A stretch of 64,000 bases of DNA, taken from the NCBI GenBank assembly GCA_035221665.1, contig CM069147.1:12772001-12836000 (forward strand). The letters are read 5' to 3'. The notes below the pieces were generated by a model. That model had not been told where the DNA came from and ran no database searches. It saw only the letters and a list, made by a program, of their open reading frames with translations. This document shows, in pieces, positions 25,556-39,790 of the stretch (positions are counted from its first letter, which is position 1; each line of letters begins with the position of its first letter). This stretch comes from Okamejei kenojei. Lineage: Eukaryota. Made by a program: the position numbers and the translations under genes.

Positions 25556-27596
25556 TGAGAGAAGAGCTAATGCTGACATTGTTAATGTAGGCGATGGAAC
25601 GTAGAGACCATTCTTAAGTATGAAGTAAGCAATCTATCATCACTTTGAAATTTGATTTTATTCATTAAAATAACGGCAGTCACTGTCAGACTGAGAGTAA
25701 TTAGTTTTTTTGTTAAAGACTACATATGATTAAATTGTTGCAGCTTTTTTAGATAATGGGGAATTGGAAGGTTGTGGTTTTAAATCACAATCTGGGTCCT
25801 TCAAAAGGCTCATGAGCAAGATAAAGCTGGCAATGTTATGGACTAGATCCCATGCAATGCTCTCTATAGCACCCTTCATCCTTCCTCCAATGTTCCCTGC
25901 CACTTGCCTGGGCCAGATGCCATTCTGATCTAGCTGATTATCTGAAGTAATTAAAATTTAAATCACAGTACTAATAAATAATGGCGCAAGCAAATAATTG
26001 AGAGAACTTGGCTTCATCGATACATGCTAATCGGAGGACCTAGAATCTCCACTTGATATCAATGGATCTTGATTGTGCATTGTGTACCAACTGTGACCTG
26101 ACGTGGGTCGGAGAGGCTTTTTTTGTTCTCTGCGAAATTCCAAGCACTATAGTCTGGTCTCCAGATGTTTGAGCAAAGTGGAAAAATTTCTCTCCTTCCA
26201 TTTATTAGCAAGCCCTGCACCTGTAACCCATGTAGTTATCCAGAACTTAGTTCCATTCAAATGGCTGAACCTTGACCTTCCAATCCATTGACCACAGCCA
26301 TCACAATCTAGCCCAGCGGTAAACACTGGGATATGATGACCATTCTAAAGCGCAGAAATAATATTCTATTGAAAATTACATGTGAAAAGATTCTCGTGGT
26401 ACACAGCTCAGTACTGGGACATTTGTATTGCTGACTTTATGAAATATTGTGTCCATAATTTCCTTGCTTTCATTTATTGATCAGCAAATTCTGCATTTGC
26501 AATGCATCTAGCTATCCAGGTCTTGAACCAAGGCTATTACTGATCAATCGATATAGGCAGCATTAACTGTTTCTGCAATCCTAATTATGGTGTAGATTTT
26601 AATATTGTTCCTGAATCTTCGCTGTAACTGGTTGCAAATGGACAGTGAAGATTGCCCCAGGGTGTCTTGAATCCTGACTAAGTAATGGAATTTGCATAAA
26701 ACCGTATCGCACCAGTCACTTCAAACATTTGGCACATTTCTTGGCAGCAAAGCATGAAGATGAATGGTCTATTCCGTTTGTCAGAGAGATGGTCCCCCAG
26801 GGCACTGTATTCTACAGGGCATTTGAATCCATATGGAATCCTCCATAAAAGGAGTTGAGTGCAGAGAGTCTTGTTACAGCACAGGTTATCATATGCATGC
26901 CAGTGACCAATTGCGTGTTTTTTTTAAAAATAAATCCTGCCCCCTCAGTGCCAGAATACCAATATTCACCACAATAGCAGTAACTGTACAGACTGTACAG
27001 TATGTTATTCTTGATTCCGTGATGAATCGTAAGGTTGTTCCCAAATGAAATTGCCTGGCAGTGGGGGTTCCTTCATGCCCCACCTGGACTCGCGCGCACC
27101 CCCCCCCCCCCTCCCCCGAGGGCCAGGTACATGAAAGAAGCCAAGGGCCAGGTACATGTCACTTAAAAAATGGAAGCACCTTTTGGTGCAAAAAACATGT
27201 TTTGAATATAAGAAATCTGGAATAACTAAAAGGTTTGCACTTTTGAATTTCTTCCTTTTTGCAAGGTTATTCCTTATGTAAATATACATGGAAAGGCTTG
27301 TTACTTGAGAATTAAAAAAATCAAGATAAAGCATTAATTGCTTAAATTCATGATTAGTTTTTTTTTCTCCTGGTGATATTTTAGTCAATCTTGAATTATC
27401 ATATTTCTCCTCCAGATCAAATGTACACATTATTTGTAGGTCCTCTCCAGCTTTTCCATACAGTTTTTGGGTTGTAACTACTTTTGGCTCTTGCTGTATT
27501 TAAACTTGCAGCTGGACTAGAAGGACGACATTTCCAATCAGAATTGATCAGATTAAAACTGACAGTGACTGCCTGAGACACATCTAACTGAACAAT

Positions 27597-28095
27597 GAAG
27601 ACACAAGGAACTGCAGATGTTGGAATCTTGAGCAAAACACAAAGTAATAGAGGAACTCAGCGAGTCAGGCAGCATGTGGAGGGAATGGGCAGATGACATC
27701 TTCAGACTGACTGGATGGGGGTTGGTGACGACTGAAAAAAGAAAGTTGGGAACAAAGCCGGACAAGTGCTAAGTGGGTACAGGTGAGGGGGTGTGATTGG
27801 CAGATGGGTGGAGTAAATGACAGTCTATGGGAGAGAAGGGTGTCAGATAAGCAAGAGGGAGCAATGGTGATGTGTAAAGCTGGAGGAAGGGATATGGATG
27901 GAAGGGAATCGGAAATCATGGTGAGTTCTGGATGTAAGATGATGATATATGGGACTCGTGGGTTCTCCTCCCTCTTTTCCACCTCTGCCCCGACTCCATC
28001 AGTCTGAAGAAGGGTCCCAACCCGGAACATTTTCTATTCATTCGCTCCACAGATGCTCTCTGACCTGCCACCGCCTTCTCGCACTTTGTTTTTTG
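27597..28095. mobile_element. Penelope-like fragment with inverted terminal copies
   Basis: gacacaaggaactgcagatg... on the left and agtctgaagaagggtccc... on the right. Confidence 0.65.
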
Positions 28096-29009
28096 GGTTG
28101 AAATTGAACAAGGTGTTAGATTTGATGCTTTGTTAACTTCAGCTGGGTGGTTATTATTCAGTTTTTTTTCCCACAGTGTTAGTTATGTGAGCTGTGTGAT
28201 ATTTGGATTTTGGATGTTCGAAGCATTTAAGCAGCGGTTTATTGTCGTGCCATTTTTTTTTTTTGCGGTGGGGGGGGGCAAGATGATCATTTTTCAGCAC
28301 TACAATATACAAATCAACAAGTTTTAGCAGATTGGATAACAAGTAGGTTGCACATGTGTGAACTCTGCAAATGTGCAACCTACTACTTATCCAGTTCCCT
28401 AAAACCTGATTAAAATCTTCAATTCAGGACATCTTATTTATTTGCATTTAAATTGCTTCTCTGCTTCTAGAATAAGCTGAAGTTATGTGTACAGTATTTC
28501 AAATGAGAACTGACAAAGACTTGCTCTATAAGCTTCCAATTAAGGTAGTGAACACAACTTGTGCCTTGCAGCCTGTGGTCATATTAATCAGATTGGCTTG
28601 AGGCCTTTTTTCTATCTTGATATAGATCCATCATTGCTGTCTCTGCAACAATTTGTCCATACTGCCAGTTGTGTGATTTATACATGTCAAGTTTTTTTTG
28701 TTCCTGGATATCGAATATGAGAAAGGAGAGGCAGTTTGAGGCTGAGGTTACTTTTTTTAACCCTGTTGGAGCTTCATATCCAATTGCTAATTGGTTCATG
28801 ATCCTGTAATGTTGACCGTAAGCCCAGGAATTTAGATGTCAATATTACTGCTGCCATTGCTGATGTCTACTTGGTTGGAGCTCTGGACTGAATGTTTAGT
28901 TGCACCTTGCATTTTTTCAACCGCTCTGTGGCATAATATTTGCAGAGCAAAACTGGGACACCTAATCCAGTAGTAAGTGTTTCACCTTAACACTTGAGGT
29001 TGAAGTCAT

Positions 29010-29410
29010 GAAATAATGGAGTATGGAAGTAAGCCCTTTGGCCCAAGCTGTACATGCTGACCGAGATGTCTATTTGAACGAGTCCCATCTGCCTGATTTG
29101 GCCCATGTCCCTCCAACTTTCCTATCCATATAACTAAATATCTATTAAACACTAATTTTGCCCACCTCTGGCAGCTTCCTCTGGCAGTTCATTCCATGTA
29201 CCCACCAGCCTCTGTATGTAAATGTTGGCTCTCGAGTCCCTTTTAAATGTCTCCCCTCTAACCTTAAACTTATACCCTCCAGTTAAGACTTCCCCTATCC
29301 CAAAAAAAAGGATTGTAGCCATCTATCGCCTCTGCCCTTCATGATTGAATATGCCTCTATAAGGTCAGTCCTCAACCTTGTGTGCTCTTGGGAAACAGTC
29401 CCAGCTTCTC
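29010..29410 (-). mobile_element. CR1 3' end fragment
   Basis: Degenerate reverse complement of the CR1 3' region at 13870-14370. Confidence 0.6.
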
Positions 29411-30349
29411 CTGCAGAGATTAATTCCTGGTACAAATTAACAATGCAGGTAAACACTGGTTCTGTTTTATTGTTTTTTTTTCACCCGATTAAAGTAATTG
29501 GATTTTGAAGAAAAAAGAAAGCATTAAACGCTTATTGGTCTGTCCAGATTTAGTAATTTATTGCAGAAATGGGACTTGCATTCATGATTATTGCTGCACA
29601 CAACTGTATGATCTAGCAGCACTGCTCTACGGGGCATTTTGGCTCTCGGTGCAAGCAAGCAACATTCAGTCATTCAAACTGAAGTCTCACTGAAACAGCA
29701 TAAAAATAATATTTACTTTAAAACATAACATCACAGAAGGGGGAAAGAAGCTAGGATTAAGTATTTAAAATCTGCATTATTTGAAGAACAAATATTGATT
29801 TTTTTTTTTCCGCTTCCTGAAAATGGCCCTTTGCTAGAATCCAATGGCATAAATACCAGCAGCATTCCTTTACCTTGGCAAATGCACATTTTGCGTTGGC
29901 ATGCTCTGATTCCTGCTTGAAGCAACTCTGTTTTGCCCTCTGATATTGACAAATTCTTTCCTTTAAGATCACAAGAGTGTAGAGCGGAATTCTTACTCGA
30001 GACATTAAGTACTATTGCTCAATGTTCTTGTATCAGAGACGGGATGCATGCGTGGCCACCTCCAGTGAATGCATCATGGCCTGTGGTTTTTTTCCACTGT
30101 TATAATTAATAGTGACCACTTCAGTGTGCAGAATTTATTTAACCATTGCTTCCAATTCACCATTATCTTGGATGCTGATTAACTGGTTGTTTTGTTTGTA
30201 AAAAACTCCCCATCCCATCTTAACAATTTGCTATTTGTCATGAATGGGATCATATTTCCATTGTGGACAAATCAACAGCTGATTGCTACAGGTTTCAAAA
30301 TCTGAAGTGTTTTGTGCCAGTTATCGGTTCCACGTTTCCCATGAGCCCT

Positions 30350-30800
30350 TCCATTAAGTCACGCAGCATAGAGGAGGCCTTTCAGACCGCCTTGCCTTAT
30401 GGTGACAAAGTTGCCGTTCTAGGTAGTCCTTTTTGCCTGCATTTAACCCATTGCTTTCTAAAACCCTTCATATTGATATATTTGTCCAAATGGCATGTCA
30501 AAATTCATAATTGTATCTGCTTCTATAGCTGCTTCTGGCAGCTCATTCCAGGTATGAACCACCCTCTGAATGGAAAAAAGTTGCCCCTGTGGTCCTTAAA
30601 CCTCTCCCTTCTCATCTTGAACCAATGTTCCCTAGTTTTAGAATCCTCTATCCTGGGAGTAAGACTGGGTGTTTATCCATGCTTCTCATGATCTAGTACA
30701 CCTCAATAAGGTCACACTTCAGCCTCCTGCACTCTAAAGAAGGAAGTCCAAGCCTATCTAATCTCACCCTACTCAAGCCGGCAAGTCCAGGTAATGTTCC
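30350..30800 (-). mobile_element. CR1 3' end fragment
   Basis: accaccctctgaatggaaaaaagttgcccct and cctcaataaggtcacacttcagcctcctgcactc. Confidence 0.6.
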
Positions 30801-33800
30801 AAAATGTATTTATTCCCCCCCCCCCCCGCCCCCCTCAAACACTAATCTGATTTATTTGTGATTTTGAATATTTCAAGTATGTACAGCAAATTGCTTTTTC
30901 AATGTAGCTCTTCCTACAAAACCAATAAATGGCAATGTTTACTGAGGTGTGTTTTCTATTCTGAAATAACTAGAGAATCTGCTTTTTTTTGAAACTCACT
31001 ACTTTTATCTCCTGTTTTCTACTGGATCAGATAACCTCTGTGTAGCATTGGTTTGTTTTTTGGTGCAATAAGAATTATAAAAAAAAAAAAAAAATTAAGT
31101 ATCCTAATATGATCTCGAGTCGTGATCATCATGAGGCAGTAGTCACAAAAAAGGTCTTAGCAATGCAAGTTTATCAGGAATTGAAAATCTCCAGCATCTT
31201 GGCTGCTTTGTTCACTGCAGGTCACATTTGTAATGAAGCTTGGAGCAACTTTTAGAATGAGAATTGGGTTAAATGGATTGTGGACAATCTGAGGAAAGGC
31301 GGGCAGATAATGACTTTATCCATCATGTGTTACATTCAGTTACTTGTGGCTATTCAGGAGTTTTTAATTTGCAATGAACATTCATGCATGTAGTTTCCCA
31401 TTACATTTCTCATTTCTGGCCTGTAATACTATAACATAGATGTAAAGATAATGAAGTAGATGGGTTTGTCCATTTTGCTATATCTAAGCCATTATCATTT
31501 TATACACTGCAAGCCTACTCATTCCAAGGAAGACTACTCAAACTTATTCAATGTTCTTTTCATAATTATGATTTTCCACTCTAGTCAATATCTTTGTAAA
31601 TTTTCTCTCCATCACCGTCATTGCAGTCATATCGTTCCTCTAATTGGGTGACTAAATATTATCCTGGCCCAACACCGTCTTTTTGTTTAGTCGTGTGCTG
31701 AGTATAAGAAAGTCTCTTTATACCTTAACCAATGTTCTTGTTGACCTGTACTACCTTAAGCATTTGTTGTCATGGATCTCTATCTTCACACCATTCAGTG
31801 TCTTGCCTATTCCTTTCCCTTACTGTACTGTCTCATTTTGTGCACTGTCTCATTTTATCATGGTCTTATCCAACTGACCAGACTATCTACATGTTATGCA
31901 ATCTAAAACGTTGCTTCAGCAACCATGTAGTCGATTTTAAAAAAAAAAATATCCTCTACAAACTCTGAGGCCCAGGAGGAGCCTCCAGTTTATGATGCCC
32001 ATTACCCATGATTCTGTGCTTCCTTCCAGTGTGCCAACTTTTAATCTACTTTGCTGCCCTGCCTTTGATCATGTGAACTTTTTGCAAAAGTGCCATGTGG
32101 CACTGTGTCAAAGCCTTGCTAAAATTCCATGTAGTCTACATCAAATATACTGGCCTTGTACACCCACTTTACTTTCACCTTTCAAAAGAAAATCAATCAA
32201 GTTTGACATGGCCATCATTTAACACATCCATTCTTGGAGTTGCTGATTAATCTGTACCTTTCCAAATGAATATAGTGTCCCTTGGAATTTTAGTATCAGC
32301 CACTTGGCCAGAACTGATCAGACATTTTACAGGCATTAGGATTAGTTGTCGATTTAAATTCATTTCACAACAAATGCCGTAGTTTTATTAACAATTCTTG
32401 TGTAAAATCCAATCTTTCAAAGCATGAGCCGTACCAGGAAAAGTAAAGACTGTGAATATATTGAATTGTTTAAAAACCCAAATGACCCCCATTAATCCGC
32501 TTCAGGAAAATCTCTTGGACACCATATATTGCCTCCGTGGGCCTCAATTCCATGCTGTTATTGCCGCTTGATGTCCTCTTAGATGTTTGAGGATAAACGT
32601 GGTAACACATTCCGAGACTTCTTTCTACTGGTTTTTAATAAAAGCATGTTCTGTCTTCAACTTTTCCTCCTTGGGTTTCATTTTTTGTGTTCGAGTTTTA
32701 ATCTCCCCGCCCACCCTTCTAGTTTTCCTCAGGATATTAACAGCGTGTATTTTTATACTGTAGATCTATTCTCTCCTTCCCATATCATCAATTCCCAGCT
32801 TTTAATGAATATCTTTATTAACTTTCTGCCCCTTGGTCTTGTACATTTGAGAAGGGGTGAACCTGCTTTGGTAACTAGCGCAAGTAAATTCCATTCCTAT
32901 TTTTTTTCATATAGGAATGTGCTTTATGGAAATTGCTCATTCTAGGACATTAAATAAAGCTTTGTTGAAGCCACTTGTTCTCTCTTAAATAAATACTCGC
33001 CTTAAGTGTCAGAACGGTAAATGTTTCCTTTTTGGAGAAAGATAAGCAGCCGTTTAATTTGGTAGACTTGTCGAATTAGTCTAGGACTCAAAATAAAATG
33101 AGGAAATGTAGTGGAATTTTAGTAGACCACTAATGTATGTGCAGCTTCACACATCCAGAGCTTTCACGTGTAGATCCATCTTGATGAGTCATTGTTTGGA
33201 TTAGAACGTAATAAAATGGATTAATTTTTAAACTCTGTTCTTATTTTAGAACATCTATTGAGCAAAGCAGAAATAACAAATCTGCTTTGGAGGCTTGACT
33301 TGCCTCAGAACTAAGAACAATCTTTGAGGTTGGGTAACCAGTCACAGTACTGTCATTGTCACACTGCTGATTTAAAAAATCTGTTTAATCATGCCATAGA
33401 TTTGCCTTGGAGGTATAGGGTTTGGGTCCAATTCCATGGATGTTGCTATATTATCCAGGGCAGGGTTTTGAATTGCATTTATTCAGTGGGCTTATTTGTG
33501 ATTTGGCTTGTGTGAGTGTTTGGCAAGTGTTATCAGGATATACTGCTAGAAACAGCATGTATTTTTGTTTCTTTTGGCCAAGCCTGCAGAGTGCAAGGTG
33601 ATGCTGCTGGTGCAGCTGTGCTACACCCCCCCCAGTAAACTGGATTTGATCCAGATAACTGATGTCTACACATCTCATTGTGATCATGTGCATGTCCCCT
33701 GGGTACTTGATTCCCTCCCATTTTCCAGAGAGTTGTTGGTGGGTTAATTGAGTTCTGCAGATTCCCCCCTCGTTGTAGATGGTTCTTGAGAGAATTGGTG

Positions 33801-35218
33801 CAACCGGTACTTCTGAAAGAGCAGGTGATAAGAAGTGGAATGTGAATGATTAGGGTTGCTTGGAGAACCAGCATAGTTTTGATGGGCTGAATGGCATAAA
33901 ATGTGAGGGAGAAGCTTGAGTATAATAGACCAAGCTTCCTTTTCCAGCACCTTTGTTGTTCTTGGGCAAACCAGAAATTAGTTTTGTTCAGTTTAAATCT
34001 GCAATAAATGTTTCTGTACCCGTTCTAAGAGCTTCTGTCCTGTGTGGGGAACAATCCAATTCTATAAAAGCCTCTAAGATTCTCCACACTTCTCACTTGC
34101 CCACTTGCCAACTGTCACATTCACAATTGATCCCCTGCACTTTGAGGTGTCCACAAAGATGACCGATGGAGTAAATCTGTGCCTATTGTAACCTAAGGTG
34201 CCTCCTGCAGCATGAGATAGTTCTGACTGGGAGAAAACCTGATCGGTTGTTTGCAGCTTGCTTTAAAATTTTAGTTTCTGGGTGAGTTACAACGTCGTAA
34301 TTGTAGAAAGAAGGATTGTAGAAACCAGGAACTGAAAATGGCACAAAGTGCCCGACTAACCATTGATTGTGGTTGTATTCCATGGAAGTGTTTGTCTGAA
34401 TGCTATGCAGGAACTTTATCATAGCTGTGGAAGCAGTCAGTCCAGGTAAATGCCTGCTCTTGCTGGAATAGTGAAGGGTTGGTTTTTTAAACTGAAGTTC
34501 GGGCCAACAGCACATACCTGGGGAAATTCTGATTCTATACAAAATATCTGAAGAATGTTGTAAGCAGTTAAAACATAAAACAGCAATGGCCCAAATATTG
34601 ATTATTTTTTTTTGTTTTGTTTTCCTTTTCTTTAGAATTTTGGTATTTAGATTCGCAATAAAGCACTTGTAATTTATTGAACAATGCTTTTGTTAGTCTT
34701 TTGGAAGGTTGGTTACAGATTAGTTCCTGAAACCACAAAACGTTAATCAATTTTTAATCTCGTTTGGATTAAACTTTTATTAGTGTAATCATGTGGTTGG
34801 TTTCCTTGGTAATCTAAGTTTCTGGTTACCTTATCTGTTTTCTTGTCATGTTTGTTTTCTTATCAAACGTATTTTCAGGTGATGGCCTTTTGGATTTCTT
34901 GTTCTCCATCCCGTGGGAAATATTTTTCTTTGTTTGTATTTGGGCCTAGCCAAGATCACAACAGCACACGTACACGTGATCATTTATTGGAACTGTCTCT
35001 GGTTTGTTTGCATGCTTATCACAATCATTTCCATTATTATTGGGGACAAATTACTGAAATATTCATGCTGTTGAAATATTTGCACGTCTATCATGTCATG
35101 CAATTATACGTGCGTGCCTCCTGTCAGCTCTTAACAATTCTAATAATTTAATTTAAATTAATTTGCTTTCAGTTTAGTAGATAGATAATTCTGGGGAAAT
35201 GAAAAGAGTTGAATCTTT

Positions 35219-35479
35219 CAGTTTAGGTTATAGATACAGCGCGGTAACAGGCTCTTTGGCCCACCGGATCCGCACCAACCAGCGATCCCTGCATATTAAC
35301 ACTATCCTACACCCACCAGGGACAGTTTTTACATTTACCAAGCCAATTAACCTACATACCTGTACGTCTTTGAAGTGTGGAAGGAAACCGAAGATCTCGG
35401 AGAAAACCCACACAGGTCACAGCACTCGTAGTCAGGATCGAACCCGGGTTGGGCAGCAACTCTACCGCTGCGCCACCGT
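35219..35479 (-). mobile_element. HE1-like SINE with internal deletions
   Basis: Homologous to 52207-52508, with box-B-like gggttcgatcc. Confidence 0.8.
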
Positions 35480-35504
35480 TACAAAGCATTGTCATAGTCA
35501 ACTT

Positions 35505-35725
35505 TTTTAGAGGGTGGAGGACATATGGGACGAGCTGCCAGAGGAGGTAGTTGAGGCAGGTACTATCACGCATTTAAAAGGCATTTAGATGGCTCCATGG
35601 AAAGGCAAGGTATAGAGGGATATGGGATAAACGTGGGCAGGTGGGACTGGTGTAGATGGGGCACCTTAGTTGGCATGAGTAGGTTGGGCCGAAGGGCCTG
35701 TTTGTGCTTTATGACTCTATAACTC
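35505..35725 (+). mobile_element. CR1 3' end fragment
   Basis: agagggtgg...gagctgccagaggaggtagttgaggcagg...gggccgaagggcctgtt, with tail tatgactctataactcta. Confidence 0.75.
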
Positions 35726-38700
35726 TAAGAGTCCTCAATGTGTGGAAAAAGTTTGAAACTTGAGTTTTTTTTAAAGGGTTAAAAGCTTTTTTCCCCTTGT
35801 CAATGAATGAAAGGGCTTTGGATTTCTTCAACTGACCTTTTGCCACTTCCTAATACTTCCATTGATTCCATTGCCTCATACAAGGCTGTGGTCAGAGATC
35901 ATGAAGGAGTTGAGAATGTCATATTAATTTGTTAAAGACCATAGAGCAAAATGTACTAGCAGCAGGCCCATATGGGAGACTACTATCACATTTGCATGAA
36001 TTGTGTAAGAATTATGTAAGGAGACCTTGGGCATGGTCCTGGTGACAGCAAAGTAAATGTACTGTTTAACAAATGTGTCTTGGCTTGTTTTGACTTAAAT
36101 AGCATTCAGCTTTAACACTGACAGTGGATGGGGCAACCAAGCAGCAAGGATGAGGGAGCAAAGTTTAAAGAATCAATCTATGGCCCAGATCATGCTTGTA
36201 TACCAATCTTCTGATAGCTGACAATATTGGGCAGGTCAGTGTATTCCCAGCTTCCTTGCTGTGTGCTATCAGAGTTGCACCTGCTCCACTTGACACTTGC
36301 TCGATTGCCCCTGGCCCCTCTGCTTTACACCAGCCCAGCAAAATCCCATTCATTTCATTTGGATCACTGACGTGCGTGGGGAAAAATAATTGGTTTGGTG
36401 TTTCATTTAGTAGCACTTAAAATTGACTCGTGTAAACAATATTTAATATTAAATCTTTCCAAAGTCCAGTCAGACATATTGGAAGTGGTTGGAAAGGCCA
36501 CCCGACACCACAACTTATGGCCATTTGGGTAGGACCTCGTCTGCCGCCTGTGAACTGCTCTGCCTCCTGAGGTGACAATGCTTCCTGCATCATTCCACCT
36601 GCAGTCCTGTGGACCATTGAAAGTACAGGTTTGCGCCGAGCATAATTTGTCTCCAATTATCGGGAGGGGAAATATGAATGCCTCAACCTGATGTGAATCT
36701 GTTTGCTGTTAAGAGTGTCTTGGAATGGACAAAGTGTGGGAGTGGCATTTCTTCGTACTGAGGGGTTGTTTTTGCCCAAAATCGCTGAACGGATAAAACC
36801 TGGACTGGAGCCGAGGGAAGATATTAATCTCACTGAATAAATGCATCAAGTAGCACACTGATTTATTTGTACTCTGGGATGGTAAGTACATGCATTCCAA
36901 GTATTTGGTTTGTGAAAAGCAAAGTATTGCAGGAATGAATAATTCCAACCAGTCATTCCTCATTCTTTACCTGAATGTCTTTGCTTAATGTATTCCTTTC
37001 ATGTACCACTGGGCTGTGTGCATAATCGGATTGCTCACAACAACTGATTTACTGATAATTGAAACTGATAGGTGATTCATCGCTGTATTAAATGGAATGT
37101 GTAGTCAGATACCACAAGTTGCACATCATTCTGCGACTGCGATGCGCAGGCGCACTTCGCTATGTTACAGCAGTTGCATTGTTTGCTAGTAGATAGTTAA
37201 CGTTTACAACAAAGCCATACCCTATTTCCATCTGTAGCAATCATCTCTGACAATGCCGGGAATTATGTTTTTTAGCTTAAATTAGAATATTATAGTGCGA
37301 AATGGTTCAAGAATCACTCAGCAGAACGGGTGGTTTTACCAGCTTAAAATTGCGTAATAGTTGAGATGAATTTAATATTTCGGTCCGCCCACACGGTCAA
37401 ATGTCTAACATATCACTACATGAAGGATTCTGAAAAATGTAATCCTCAGTTCCTTCTGATAGGCCTGCTGTGGTGAATGCTCCTGAGGATTTAAACTGCA
37501 GTGCATTTTCAGGATAATTTGATGATTTTTAGTTTTGGCTTGGAGGAGTCCTTGCCATTCAAGGTTGGCGTAATATTAGTTTGGGATCTACTGGCATGCA
37601 AGCATTTAGTTGCTGCAGCACATCAAGTGAATTGTACACTTGGAAGCCAAAGCGTCACCTATCCACTTTTTCCACAGATGCTACCTGTCCCACTGAATTA
37701 CACCAGCATTTTGTCTATCTGGTAGAAACCATCATCTGCACTTTTTTATTACATACGTGAGCAGTACACTAGGGGAAATTAATATATCAATACTAGGGTA
37801 CTAATAATACTTCCAATCGTAAAACTGTTAACTGGACTAGAGTGGTGCACTACAATTTACTGTAATTTCCTTAAGCGTTGGCAGGGTGTACATTTGATAC
37901 GTTGGCATCGGGTACCCAGATTGATCTCATGTGACATGTCTAGCTTTGTGTTATAATGTGGATATTAAATGGTTAAAAATTGGCCGTTCTGGATGTATAG
38001 TTTTATGTGGGCCAGAGTAGGCAAAAATCAGTGAACTCCCTTTTCACGCGATTGAACATGATGAGCTCTATGAATCTGCTAAATTGCTATCTCCATTTTT
38101 GTCAGTAGATTTTAATTATCTGTTGCTGTTTTAGCCAAATTTTTAGTTCTCCACTATCTATTTTGTTTTTAAGTTTGTGTCAGTCTAAATCTATAGGTAT
38201 AGCTATTTGTGCGTAACTAATATCTGGATGGGACTGCTTAAGAATGTAGGTTATGGATTAAATACCTGGTAGTTAACCCTTGATCTACATGCGTAAGTGG
38301 AACAACCGGCTAAAGGGCCTGAGGCAGTTGGGGTTGGGATACAATCTTGTTTAGATTCTGTACATGCTGTCTCCACTAGTCAATCAGTATTCTTTACATC
38401 GCCTTTTACACCAGACTATGTGATGCTTGCCTACGCCTAATGTCATGTGATGTGGCTGCAAGCTGTTGAAGTGCATCCTGATCACCGGACATGCTATTTA
38501 ATACATTTGAAGGAAGTTTAATACATTTTTCATTCTAAACCTAAAACAATTGGTTGGATAGGTGTTATCTGAATATTCCTGGAGGAAAGAATAATTGGAC
38601 AGTTCCTCTAATTGGGGAAAACTCCCTAAACCTTGCAGAGACATAAATGAGATTCTTACAGTTATGTATTTTAATTGCTGTAATTTTGCTCGGATCTCTG

Positions 38701-39061
38701 GTGTGATAAGACCATTATCAAAAGGGGGTCTAATATGATCGTAATGGTTTTCTGGCACTTTGGCTACTTGTTTGTTCCGATCTGTCCCGAGAAGTGACCT
38801 GACTGAGTTCCTTCAGCACTTTTTTTTACAGTAGAAATAGGATGTCTATTTGAGGTCAAGGTTGCACATGTGAATGATGTGGTCAGTCCATGTGGTCAAC
38901 TGAATGACTTGAGCCACAATATTGTAGATGTTGGCCTGGGAGAGGATGCTGCTTGTTGGTCTGCTTATTCTTGGAGAATTCATTGGAGGATGTGAAGGAT
39001 TTTGCAGCAACCCAATTTGTGATGTTCCGTTACCTTGAGATGCCGGCTGTGAAACGCCCAA

Positions 39062-39295
39062 GTCTCAGTTCAGTTTATTGTCACGTGCACCGAGGTACAG
39101 TGAAAAGCTGTTGCGTGCTATCCAGTCAGGTGAAACACAATGCATGATCATACACTATAAATGGCTCGAGTGTATGATAAAGGGAATAATGTTTGGTGCC
39201 AGGTAAAGCCAGCAAAGTCCGATCAAGGCTAGTCCGAGGGTCACCAAAGAGTTAGATAGTAGTTCAGCACTGCTCTCTGGTTGTGGTAGGATGGT
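39062..39295 (-). mobile_element. LINE 3' end (Rex/L2-type tail)
   Basis: tttattgtcacgtgcaccgaggtacagtgaaaag terminus. Confidence 0.6.
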
Positions 39296-39790
39296 TCAAT
39301 AGACAATAGGTGCAGGAGTAGGCCATTTGGCCCTTCAAGCAGCACTGCCATTCAATGTGATTATGGCTGATCATCCCCAATCAGTACCCCGTTCCTGCCT
39401 GCTCCCCATATCCCCTGCTTCCGCTATCTTTAAGAGCCCTATCTAGCTCTCTTCAAAATATCCAGAGAACCGGCCTCCACTGAGGCAGAGAATTCCACAG
39501 ACTCACAACTCTCTGAGGAAAAAGTGTTTCCTCGTCTCCATTCTAAATGGCTTGCCCCTTATTCTTAACCTGTGGCCCCTGGTTCTGGACTCCCCCCAAC
39601 GTCGGGAACATGTTTCCTGCCTCTAGCGTGTCCAAACCCTTAATCTTATGTTTCAATAAGATCTCCTCTCATCCTTCTAAACTCTAGAGTGTACAAGCTC
39701 AGCCGCTCCATTATGACAGCATATGACAGTCCCGCCATCCCGGGAATTAACCATGTAAACCTACACTGCACTCCCTCAATTGCAAGAATG
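39296..39790 (-). mobile_element. CR1 LINE 3' end
   Basis: Minus ORF IEGVQCRFTWLIPGMAGLSY...LEFRRMRGDLIET, followed by 3' UTR and short tandem tail. Confidence 0.85.
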